The notes under the pieces are model-generated. The model was not told the origin of the DNA. It was given only the letters and a program-made list of their open reading frames with translations, and did not search any database. From a bacterium (GTDB lineage: Bacteria; SZUA-182; DTGQ01; JAFGSM01): 12,459 nucleotides of DNA. A program made the translations under genes and the position numbers. The DNA lies in NCBI GenBank assembly GCA_049472315.1, contig JBLIRN010000079.1, positions 1 through 12,459 on the forward strand. Reading direction: 5' to 3'. Below are positions 1-8,251 of this stretch, in pieces. How positions within the stretch are numbered: position 1 is the first letter of the stretch; every line of letters starts with the position of its first letter.

Positions 1-165
1 GACGAGAAACAGGAGGATAAAAATCCACCCGGAGACGGCGTGGGATATCCGGTACAGATCCGGTTTGGAGATGTCGCGGCCCGATCGGGCCATCATGGTA
101 TATACGGCTATTGCACCGAAAGCAAGACACACACAACTGAGGATGGTGGTCCAGAGAGGGCCCAT
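1..165 (-). CDS. Membrane protein, 5' part only (runs off the window edge); possibly a heme-b/cytochrome-associated membrane domain
   Basis: Not in the ORF track; hand-translated as MGPLWTTILSCVCLAFGAIAVYTMMARSGRDISKPDLYRISHAVSGWIFILLFLV, open to position 1. RBS-like AAAGGTG lies 7 nt upstream of the ATG. It has two hydrophobic segments, the second starting with HxxxGW. The cytochrome link is inference. Confidence 0.7.
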   Translation of the reverse strand, partial: MGPLWTTILSCVCLAFGAIAVYTMMARSGRDISKPDLYRISHAVSGWIFILLFLV

Positions 166-336
166 ATGGTTTCACCTTTCTATCGATTGGTATGTTCCCG
201 ACGATACGTCATTTTTTCACGTATACGTGCCTTTGTAAAGGATCAACTGATGATGATGAGCGGTTACCGTAGGCCTTCGACGAGACAAACGCTCATGCCC
301 TTTCAGGGCGCCACGAAGCATGAAAATATAATTTTC

Positions 337-372
337 AATAGAATAGAACAATAGAATATAGAATAGAATAGG
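337..372. repeat. Imperfect AATAG/ATAGA microsatellite-like tract
   Basis: aatagaatagaacaatagaatatagaatagaatagg. Confidence 0.8.
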
Positions 373-413
373 ATATGTGATATTTTCGGAGCAAAAACTG
401 ATAATTCAAGACC

Positions 414-469
414 TGACCCCAATTCTTCATGTGACCCCAATTCTTCATGACCCCAATTCTTCAATTCTT
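414..469 (+). repeat. Three identical 16-bp copies of TGACCCCAATTCTTCA plus a partial copy
   Basis: Copies at 414-429, 432-447 and 448-463, followed by ATTCTT. The first copy overlaps TCAAGACCTGACCCC (406-420). Confidence 0.92.
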
Positions 470-575
470 TTCCAATCGATATACCCTGTGAGACAAAAGA
501 CAGCGATATTTAAAGGGGAACGCCAAGGCGCACCGGAGGGGCGGGAATTGCAGCCATAGAGATCACAAACGTATG

Positions 576-604
576 TTGACATGCAGGACGGCATTGGCTA
601 TATT
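576..604 (+). promoter_or_regulatory. Sigma-70-type promoter upstream of nth
   Basis: TTGACA (576-581), 17-bp spacer, TATATT (599-604). Confidence 0.65.
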
Positions 605-833
605 CTGAGAGGATTATCTCTATCATGCCTTTCGTAGCAGATTTTCAATGATTACTTATTGTGATGGGCCTTCATTCTGCGTTGTGATCGAAGGATCAGG
701 GGTATTATTGGGCTTGGCCGGAACGGCAGGTCCGGTTCACTCCGAGCATCGCCTGGGGGTGAACAGGGTGGACGGAATATAGTGAACCGGCCGGAGAATG
801 GATCGCCCGATACCCATGTCCAGGGGAAACATC

Positions 834-1493
834 ATGGATAATGCCGCCTTACAGGAGCGCACGAAAAGGGCCGCGGCCATTGTGGAGGAACTGAAGAGGC
901 TCTTTCCCGAGGCGCGGATTGCCCTCGATTACAGAAGCAACTGGGAGCTTCTGGTTTCCGTGATCCTCTCCGCCCAGTGCACCGACAAGAAGGTCAACGA
1001 GGTGACGGAGAGGCTTTTCAAGAAATATACGACCCTCGATGACTACGTGAGTGCGGATCAAGGCGAATTCGAGGAGGACATCAGGCAGACCGGATTTTTC
1101 CGCAACAAGGCGAAGAATATCCTTGCGTCGGCGAAGATGGTAAAGGAGCGGTTCGGCGGGCAGGTTCCCAGGACCATGGAGGAGTTGCTCCTTCTCCCCG
1201 GCGTTGCCCGCAAGACCGCAAATATCGTTCTGGGAAATGCCTACGGGATCGTGGAAGGGATTGCGGTGGACACCCATGTGCGGCGATTGTCCATCAAGTT
1301 GGGATTGACCGACCACGAGGATCCGAACAAGATCGAGCAGGACCTGATGAAGCTCCTCCCCAAGGAGGAATGGTTCGACTTTACCTACCGGCTGATAAGC
1401 TACGGCAGGCAGATCTGCCCTGCGCGAAAACACGATTGCACCGGGCATCCTCTGACCATGATCTATCCCCCTGCAGCGGAACGCTGGCCCTGA
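834..1493 (+). CDS. nth: Endonuclease III (HhH-GPD DNA glycosylase/AP lyase)
   Basis: ELLVSVILSAQCTDKKVN; HhH motif LLLLPGVARKTAN with the catalytic Lys; GIAVDTHV with the catalytic Asp. ATG 834 is preferred (AGGGG upstream); the ORF is open from 798. Confidence 0.95.
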   Translation: MDNAALQERTKRAAAIVEELKRLFPEARIALDYRSNWELLVSVILSAQCTDKKVNEVTERLFKKYTTLDDYVSADQGEFEEDIRQTGFFRNKAKNILASAKMVKERFGGQVPRTMEELLLLPGVARKTANIVLGNAYGIVEGIAVDTHVRRLSIKLGLTDHEDPNKIEQDLMKLLPKEEWFDFTYRLISYGRQICPARKHDCTGHPLTMIYPPAAERWP

Positions 1494-1532
1494 TTTTCCT
1501 GCCGGGGCGAAAGAGGATCCTCGTATTCAGTA

Positions 1533-2969
1533 TTACCGGTACACCGGGTAGACAACCCGGACGAGTGTATAAAGATCGAGGAGAATGAGGAACAGAATAA
1601 AGGCATAGGTCCAGAGATGCGTTCTCATGGAGAGCAGCCTGGCCGGATATGTAAGGACCCAATGCACGCCTATGGCCATAAAGATACAGAACCCCGCCAG
1701 AACGGGGAAGATGAGTCGTGCCTGTGCGGAGGCGAAGGTGAAATTCATCACCACCAGGTTGCCGACCGTGATGAGGATGGCAGCCACAAACAGGAGCATG
1801 CAGATCTTCGCCCGGCTGTCATGTCTTTTGCTCCTGAATACCTTGATCAATCCCGCTATCCCCGTGAGGCTGATAAGACCGTATATCCAGTAAGCCCATC
1901 CGGGAAGGGGGACGGTCAGCCAATCAAACAGGCCCCAGAATGAGGTGAAGAGCCTGGGGAAGAAGATCCTTTTAAAAAACATCGTCCTCATCTGGGCGGG
2001 CAGGATCAGCCCGGGATTTTGGGCTGCCAGCAGGTTCCAGCCGAACGGATCATTCCGCCCATAGATCAAGATATTTCTCACGAAGTACCATCCGGCGATA
2101 CCTACGATCATCACCAGGAATAATACGAGATTGACGGAGAGGACTCGCAGTTTTTGTGCGTTATCGGCCAATGACACAACAATGATTCCTGCAAGGGCAA
2201 CAAGGGCTATGGCAGCGATATTTGCCTTGGTGATGAATCCAAGCCCCAGGACGATCCCCAGCGGAATCACCAACCGATTCTGCTTGCGGTAATCCTTTCG
2301 CATCAGCCTGGCAACCAGCCATAAGGAGATGGTGGCAAGCAGAATGACCAGATTGTCGTTATTGAGCGAGCCGCTCAGGAAGTTGAACTGGGGATTGAAG
2401 GCGGCGATCCCCATGGCGAGTAGGGCAAGGTCCTTGTTCCCGGTAAAGAGGGTGCGAGCGGTTGTGAAGATAAACAGGATGGTGAGCGCGCCGCACACCA
2501 CGGAGAGTATCCTCAGAAGATGCACCAGCCTGATTCCGCCGGAGAAGGGAAAGGTGTCCTCCTTGGTGGTGAGGAACATATTCAGGTCCCTTCCCCGGCC
2601 CCATTTGACATACCGTGGATTCAGCGGGGGATAGGTCTCGCTTCCGAATCCCTGGTGAGGGTATCGAGAAAGATTCACGATGTCCTCATACCCATGGATG
2701 TGTATATCGGAGCCCTGGTTGGGGGAAAGGACACGCAGGAAAGGGGCGTTTATCGCGTAATAGAGCGGAGGATTGAACCCTTCGGTTGAAATGGCCCTTT
2801 CCTCGACGGCCTGATTCGGTAATTCCCTGTTCTGGGCAAGGAACCGTATGTATTCGAAGTGGAATGGCTCGTCCGGTGCATTGAACACCGGGACAATCAT
2901 GCTGTAGGCCAGGGAGAATGCGATAAAGAGGATGAGCACAATAATGCATGGATAGTCTATGCTTTTCAT
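1533..2969 (-). CDS. Polytopic membrane glycosyltransferase, GT-C fold (ArnT/PMT-like, DUF2142-like)
   Basis: 478 aa with many TM helices; APDEPFH acidic motif after TM1; NPPLYY, NNDN, GFITK and AQARLIFP segments typical of this group. Confidence 0.8.
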   Translation of the reverse strand: MKSIDYPCIIVLILFIAFSLAYSMIVPVFNAPDEPFHFEYIRFLAQNRELPNQAVEERAISTEGFNPPLYYAINAPFLRVLSPNQGSDIHIHGYEDIVNLSRYPHQGFGSETYPPLNPRYVKWGRGRDLNMFLTTKEDTFPFSGGIRLVHLLRILSVVCGALTILFIFTTARTLFTGNKDLALLAMGIAAFNPQFNFLSGSLNNDNLVILLATISLWLVARLMRKDYRKQNRLVIPLGIVLGLGFITKANIAAIALVALAGIIVVSLADNAQKLRVLSVNLVLFLVMIVGIAGWYFVRNILIYGRNDPFGWNLLAAQNPGLILPAQMRTMFFKRIFFPRLFTSFWGLFDWLTVPLPGWAYWIYGLISLTGIAGLIKVFRSKRHDSRAKICMLLFVAAILITVGNLVVMNFTFASAQARLIFPVLAGFCIFMAIGVHWVLTYPARLLSMRTHLWTYAFILFLILLDLYTLVRVVYPVYR

Positions 2970-2975
2970 GCCCCT

Positions 2976-3004
2976 ATACTACAGCCATAAAGGGTAAGGG
3001 TCAA
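2976..3004 (-). promoter_or_regulatory. Sigma-70-type promoter of the GT-C gene, probably giving a leaderless mRNA
   Basis: Minus strand TTGACC (3004-2999), 17-bp spacer, TAGTAT (2981-2976), then 6 nt, then ATG (2969). Confidence 0.6.
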
Positions 3005-3043
3005 TCGCTATCGACGATGTGCTGCAGATGCATTTCCCTCTGC

Positions 3044-4036
3044 TTATAGCCAGTTGTTCAGCATGAGTCCGACACCGAGCCTGCTCACCGAATGGTTGTA
3101 ATCGATCAGGGTCTCGCCGTAGCCGTTGAAATACTGCACATACCCCTGGAGCTTGTTTTTGATGGGAAAGCTCCAGTCGATCTGCACAGCCCCGCGGTTT
3201 TTATCCCAATCCAGGTTGTTCCTCAGCATCAATCCCACCCGACTTGTACCAAAAACCCAGAGAGCCGTTATCTCCCCATATCCCAGGTAATCCTCGATAT
3301 CGGGATTGTCGTCGCCTCCCGGGTCGGTCGGACTGTTCTTTGAACGCTCGGGGATCCGGTACCATGGCTTGAGGCTGAAATAGAAATCCCCGTAGTCGAA
3401 GATGATGTTCATATACAGACGATTCCAGCTTCGCGACAGGGGCAGGCTGTGGCCGTTTGACTGGTGAACGAAGCCGAGAATGAACCATTGGTTGCTTATC
3501 CCTTCGTCCCCCTTTGGCAGCCAGAAGCCCCACATCAGCTCAGGCTCATAGTTCGTCTCCCGAAACGGGCTGGACAGCCTCTTGTTGAATGCCTGCCAGA
3601 AGGAGAGCTGCGTGTACCCGAATGCGAGATCCCCGCCGCTGTTAAGAAAATCCCTGGCCAGGGCGATCCTGAGACTGATCTGGAACTTTATTTCGTAGGA
3701 GGTGAGCTCCTCGAACCGTTTGTTCGCCCGGGTATTATAGGTGAGCGGCAGGACATAGTTCGGCTTGTAGGTGGTTATCCCAAAACGGCTCTGCTCAACA
3801 CACCATTCCTCCTCCCGGCGCCTTTCGAGCGCGCTCTCGGATGCAGGTGACTCGGATGGCTCGGAGATTGCAGCGGCGTCCGCGGGTGTCGTATGCTCAG
3901 GGGGCGGCTGTGCAAACACGGCAATACCGCACATGAGCACGCCGATTATCAAGGCTGCGGCAACGCCGGAGCGGCGCGTACGAGAAAGGCGAGGAAAGGG
4001 TACACTATGGTCATCGTGCGGTGAGATCATTATCAT
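3044..4036 (-). CDS. pldA: Outer membrane phospholipase A1 (OMPLA)
   Basis: Catalytic HQSNG motif, EIKFQISL, SSPFRETNYEPE, LSRSWNRLY, DDNPDIEDYLG, YVQYFNGYGETLIDYN, and an aromatic C-terminus (NNWL). There is an N-terminal hydrophobic signal-like segment. The exact start codon is uncertain. Confidence 0.93.
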   Translation of the reverse strand: MIMISPHDDHSVPFPRLSRTRRSGVAAALIIGVLMCGIAVFAQPPPEHTTPADAAAISEPSESPASESALERRREEEWCVEQSRFGITTYKPNYVLPLTYNTRANKRFEELTSYEIKFQISLRIALARDFLNSGGDLAFGYTQLSFWQAFNKRLSSPFRETNYEPELMWGFWLPKGDEGISNQWFILGFVHQSNGHSLPLSRSWNRLYMNIIFDYGDFYFSLKPWYRIPERSKNSPTDPGGDDNPDIEDYLGYGEITALWVFGTSRVGLMLRNNLDWDKNRGAVQIDWSFPIKNKLQGYVQYFNGYGETLIDYNHSVSRLGVGLMLNNWL

Positions 4037-4083
4037 TGTTTTTCCGTCATTTTTGTATTAGCAGGTCCAAAGCATTCTCCCAT

Positions 4084-4113
4084 AGCTTAATGATATACAC
4101 TACGTTTCGTCAA
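4084..4113 (-). promoter_or_regulatory. Candidate sigma-70 promoter for pldA
   Basis: Minus strand TTGACG (4113-4108), 18-bp spacer, TAAGCT (4089-4084). Confidence 0.4.
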
Positions 4114-4136
4114 GGGTTAAAATCAGGGTTAAAATC
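4113..4136. repeat. Perfect 12-bp tandem duplication (AGGGTTAAAATC)x2
   Basis: 4113-4124 and 4125-4136 are identical. Confidence 0.9.
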
Positions 4137-4299
4137 AAAAGGCCCGGAATCGAATCGATATGATTTGTTGCGCTATTTTGTAATGGGGCATTCGACCGTT
4201 GTGCCTGCAGTTCGGCAGTAGTCCCTCACGCACACGGCTGTAAATGGATCATGGCCGGGAGAAAGGGCAGTGACGAGCGATAATAGGGCCTATGTCAGG

Positions 4300-6411
4300 T
4301 TACTTCAGGGGAAGCTGTCCGCGCGTCCCCACGGGCTCCTTGTTCATGTAGATCGTGTAACACATCCAGGCGGCGATCACCATGAGGAGGTAGAGGAGGT
4401 ATTTGAAATGGGTGGACACGAGGAGCATGGTTATCCTCTGGTGCTTTTCCCGGGTGATCAGATGGTTGGTCACTGAGATGGATTTGCCCATCTCGGGCAG
4501 CTCGAATTTTACCGGGAGCACGCCTGTCCTGGTGGGCACGGTTATCGAGCCGGCCCCTTCCCCTATTTCAACGGTGCCCTTGAATTCGGGAATGCTCTCC
4601 ATTTCCTCCGCCTGGTAGGTGAGCGCCTTGTCGGCAAGCCTGCGTGCCGCCGACCTGTCGGTGGATTTGAGGCAGAATCTGGCGGGGGTGAGTATGGATA
4701 AGAAAAACGCCACCAGACCTATGACGGCAATAACCGCAATGATGATTACCAGGGCCTTCTTGAATTGCATCCTTTCGACATGCCTGCGTACGATCAGCAC
4801 CAGGCTTAGTATCACGAGCAGTATGAACAGCCGGATGTCGAAGTAGAACGCCCCTGTGGCCACTATCACAAACCAGGCAACGAACCGGCGGTCCTTCGCC
4901 AGGAGGACCCCCAGAAGGCAGATCAGCACCAGAAAGAGTATGACATTCCGTGCCTCGGGCATTTCGCTCCCCTCCCGGGCGCCGAATGCTGCGACGGAAA
5001 CGTAGTCCGGAGGGTAGAAGAGCCGCGTGGTTCTCGTGGTGATGGGAAGGTCCATGTCTGGAAAGGGGAGCTTCACCAGGCAGATGAGTCCCAGGGGTCT
5101 GCGTGAGACAAACGAGACCAGGTCGAAGGTGCCGTGGTTTGATTTGGGGAAGGAGAGGAAGAGGGTCTGGTCCTTGGTGAGTTTTATGGGCCTTCCCTGC
5201 ATGGCTGCATACAGAGGGGTCCCTGTTACCTCCACATCGAGGTAATCCATGCCGGTATTCTGATATTGGCAGTTCATCTCATACAGCATGCTTCCCTTCT
5301 CGTTGACAGCATAGGTGACCCGGGTGCTCCGCGAAGTCGCGGCAAGGGAGGGAAGAAGATCCAGAGGCTTGACCGTCAAGGCGAACCGATCATGGACGGA
5401 TGCAAGAAATGCACGTGAGTTTGCATAGATGACCTCGATGGCTGCCTCTGAGAGGTCCTTTTCCTGCGCCCTGGTCTCAACCACCAGCTTCTTTTCCGGG
5501 TCCGAACCGATCACCACGTAGTGCACCCCGCTGCGCACCGGGATGCGTATCTCCTCGGGCATGCCGAATGTCCCCCTGATGACCACCTGGGCGCTGGCGG
5601 AGGTGAGATCCAGGGTCAGCCTGGTTCCCTTCTGCTCCCATTTGAGGGCGCCATCCACGGTGAGGACCTGCTCCCCGTTGGGCAGATCCATGAAGAAGCT
5701 TCCGATGACATCCCCGTATGACTGAAACGAGATACGATACAGAAAGGTGTTGACATCGGCGATCGAAAAGCGAAACACCCCCTGTACCAGTGTGGGGCGT
5801 GTCTTTTCATAGATACGCTGCAGGACCACATTTCCGTCAACCACGCCGAACCGGTCACCATCCACCGCATATCCGTGGGTCAGGTCGAAGGCGAGCCTGT
5901 TGACGGGGCCGACAGCGGTAAAGGTGATCTGGCCCTTGTCCCTGATCTCCATGGTCCCGGAAAACGAAAATGCCTTTTTCCTGGCGATGAAATAGTATCC
6001 CTGTTTATCGAAGGCTACCATCACCCTGGAGCCGTCCACCGTAAGGTCCCTGATCAGGATGTCCTGGTTTGCACTGAACAGATGGACCTTGACGTCGGTC
6101 CCCCGCATGACCGCGCCTCTGCCCGTAACACGCAGCTTCCCTGCGACCATGTCACCGCTTATGGTCGCCTCCTCGATGAAGTAATCCCCCTTTTCCTCCT
6201 TCTCCTCGGGGATGATAATAATCCGAGCTGCATCCTTCACCCGTTCCGCATCGATCCATTTGTCCATCCATGCCTCGTCCGCACCCACTACAATGGTTTT
6301 TCTGGTTTTTTCAGGTTCGGAGGGCACGGCATTGCCGGCCCATACGAGTGGTGAGCACAGCACAATAAAGGTCACCAGCACGACTGCCCTTCTCATCGCT
6401 GCCTTTCTCAT
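4300..6411 (-). CDS. Large exported and membrane-anchored hypothetical protein (~703 aa)
   Basis: Long ORF, open from 6498. ATG 6411 has AAGGAG 7 nt upstream and begins a signal peptide (MRKAAMRRAVVLVTFIVLCSPLVWA). A beta-rich soluble region is followed by several TM helices, a GVLPVKFELP segment and a final TM helix. Confidence 0.8.
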   Translation of the reverse strand: MRKAAMRRAVVLVTFIVLCSPLVWAGNAVPSEPEKTRKTIVVGADEAWMDKWIDAERVKDAARIIIIPEEKEEKGDYFIEEATISGDMVAGKLRVTGRGAVMRGTDVKVHLFSANQDILIRDLTVDGSRVMVAFDKQGYYFIARKKAFSFSGTMEIRDKGQITFTAVGPVNRLAFDLTHGYAVDGDRFGVVDGNVVLQRIYEKTRPTLVQGVFRFSIADVNTFLYRISFQSYGDVIGSFFMDLPNGEQVLTVDGALKWEQKGTRLTLDLTSASAQVVIRGTFGMPEEIRIPVRSGVHYVVIGSDPEKKLVVETRAQEKDLSEAAIEVIYANSRAFLASVHDRFALTVKPLDLLPSLAATSRSTRVTYAVNEKGSMLYEMNCQYQNTGMDYLDVEVTGTPLYAAMQGRPIKLTKDQTLFLSFPKSNHGTFDLVSFVSRRPLGLICLVKLPFPDMDLPITTRTTRLFYPPDYVSVAAFGAREGSEMPEARNVILFLVLICLLGVLLAKDRRFVAWFVIVATGAFYFDIRLFILLVILSLVLIVRRHVERMQFKKALVIIIAVIAVIGLVAFFLSILTPARFCLKSTDRSAARRLADKALTYQAEEMESIPEFKGTVEIGEGAGSITVPTRTGVLPVKFELPEMGKSISVTNHLITREKHQRITMLLVSTHFKYLLYLLMVIAAWMCYTIYMNKEPVGTRGQLPLK

Positions 6412-6723
6412 AACCATTCTCCTTAACCGAATGTATTGATACTTCCCAACACACACCATATCCGGAACGTCCTTGTTTTTCCGATATTCTTTGATCAAAC
6501 AATTTCCCGTTGTTTGATGATTGTCTGTTTACTTCCGCATACTTTCATTTCGACCGTTTTGCCTATAATCCCTTTGCCCGAGTTACCAATAGCTCATGGA
6601 TGTTTCATCTGCCGCATGGAATGTGCTATAGTTGTATCTTGTTGAAAAGCCGATAAATAACGTGTGGTTGTGGAACGGGTCAACCGTTCTGACCCCTTCA
6701 GCCGAGACAATGATCGTATACCT

Positions 6724-8034
6724 ATGGAGCACGCCATTCGTAAGACCGATATCCTGGTAGCGGGAGCGGGGATTGCCGGATGCGCCGCATCCCAGGCCTT
6801 GCAGGCTGCCGGCGCAGACTACCTGCTCCTTGAGAGGAATGTGGAGCCCGGAGGCCTCACCCGCTCCATCAGCATCGGGGAGGCGCATTTCGACTATACC
6901 GGCCACTTCATGCACCTGGCTCGATGCTCAAGCCCTGCGGCATTGCCCTTTGCGCATCAAAATGACGAGGACTGGAGCCTGATCGATCGCAGGTCCACGG
7001 TGTTCATAGAGGGCGAGATGGTGCCGGCCCCCTTTCAATACAATCTCTTCTACCTGCCCGACGATATCCGGAAGCGCTGCATCGACGGTTTTCACAATCG
7101 ACCCGAAGCCGTTGAAGCTCAATCCTTCAGGGAATACCTGCACACAGGGTTCGGTGAGGGAATCTGTCACCACTTTCTCTTTCCTTACAATGAGAAGATC
7201 ATGGCATGCCCGTTGGATGAACTTTCGGTGGAGGCGGTGAAGCGGTTCTTCCCCGTGCCTGACAAGAAAAGGATCGAACAGGGATACAGGCACGGTGGGG
7301 TGAATCAGGATGCCGGGTACAACAGTCGGTTCTGGTATCCGAAGCACCAGGGCATCGGACTGCTCGCACAAGGCCTGGCCAAGGGTCTAAAAAATCTCGT
7401 CACCACCTGTCCTGTTGAAGGCATCGATCTTGCCGAACACAGGGTGTCTACCCCCTCCGGAACAGTCCGCTATGAGCGGCTGATCTCATCGATCCCGCTT
7501 AAGAGCTTGTGTACGCACACCTCCCATCCCACATTGCACAGCCTTGCGGATTCCCTGCGGCATACCCGGGTACTGTGTCTGAACCTGTTGATACGGGGCT
7601 CCATGCCGGAGATCTTCCGCGGGAGCCACTGGATTTACGTGCCCCAGAGGGACATACCCTTCTATCGCCTGGGGTTTTACTCCCATATCGCACCTCATAT
7701 ACATCCCCGAGGAATGACGGCCCTCTATGTGGAGGTTGCCTCAGCCCATAGTGCGCCGGCGCCTGACATGGGCACGCTCCTGGATGGGATTCTTTCCTCC
7801 CTTGAGCGTCTTGGCTGGGTGCACAGGTCACAATGCGCGATTATGACGGCAAACTGGATCGATTACGCCTATGTCCTTTTCGATCATTCCCGGAAAAAGA
7901 CGGTGTCTGAAATTTTCAGTATCCTCAAGGGGTATGAGGTATACCCCATTGGCCGCTACGGACTCTGGGATTATATCAGCATGGAGGATGCCATCCTCTC
8001 CGGTGCGGAGACAGCGGGAATGCTCCTCAAATGA
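6724..8034 (+). CDS. FAD-dependent oxidoreductase, protoporphyrinogen oxidase/UDP-galactopyranose mutase-like
   Basis: ILVAGAGIAG Rossmann motif, LLER..PGGL, FDYTGH, PAPFQYNL, PYNEK, FWYPK.GIG and C-terminal GRYGLWDYISMEDAI. ATG 6724 is preferred; the ORF is open from GTG 6664. Confidence 0.85.
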   Translation: MEHAIRKTDILVAGAGIAGCAASQALQAAGADYLLLERNVEPGGLTRSISIGEAHFDYTGHFMHLARCSSPAALPFAHQNDEDWSLIDRRSTVFIEGEMVPAPFQYNLFYLPDDIRKRCIDGFHNRPEAVEAQSFREYLHTGFGEGICHHFLFPYNEKIMACPLDELSVEAVKRFFPVPDKKRIEQGYRHGGVNQDAGYNSRFWYPKHQGIGLLAQGLAKGLKNLVTTCPVEGIDLAEHRVSTPSGTVRYERLISSIPLKSLCTHTSHPTLHSLADSLRHTRVLCLNLLIRGSMPEIFRGSHWIYVPQRDIPFYRLGFYSHIAPHIHPRGMTALYVEVASAHSAPAPDMGTLLDGILSSLERLGWVHRSQCAIMTANWIDYAYVLFDHSRKKTVSEIFSILKGYEVYPIGRYGLWDYISMEDAILSGAETAGMLLK

Positions 8035-8207
8035 ACCGCTTCCCACCTTTCTTTCAATCAAGCGGACGTTGAAATCCTTTCGCATAAGTGATTTCTGTTG
8101 TGAGAAGAATCATATCGGCGTTGACCAGGAGAAAAATTTGGCTGGGGCAGGGGAGGGATCGGTGATCTGGGCAGGGAGATGAGGAGGACTCCATGGTGCG
8201 GAGGGTG

Positions 8208-8251
8208 AAAACCACAGGCCCACCAGGGAACGTTATGGTGGGCCTTGTGGT
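8208..8251 (-). terminator. Intrinsic terminator closing the small-gene operon
   Basis: Minus strand ACCAC(A)AGGCCCACCA, 10-nt loop, TGGTGGGCCTGTGGT, then TTT: a ~15-bp stem with one bulge, 26 nt after the stop at 8278. Confidence 0.7.

Noticed and set aside
414..463. Mini CRISPR array
   Set aside because: The repeats are only 16 bp with 0-2 nt between copies; there are no spacers and no cas genes.
40..559. Plus-strand ORFs 40-354 and 377-559
   Set aside because: The first is antisense to the better-supported 1-165 gene, and both run through the repeat tracts (the QDLTP/TPILH repeats are translated DNA repeats).
725..745. GCAGGTCCGG resembling the SRP RNA (ffs) core
   Set aside because: It lacks the following AAGGAAGCAGC with the GNRA loop and the enclosing helix.
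849..8182. Many antisense or off-frame ORFs nested in nth, GT-C, pldA, the large membrane gene and the oxidoreductase
   Set aside because: They are shadow ORFs of GC-rich coding sequence, with no motifs or RBS, overlapping well-supported genes.
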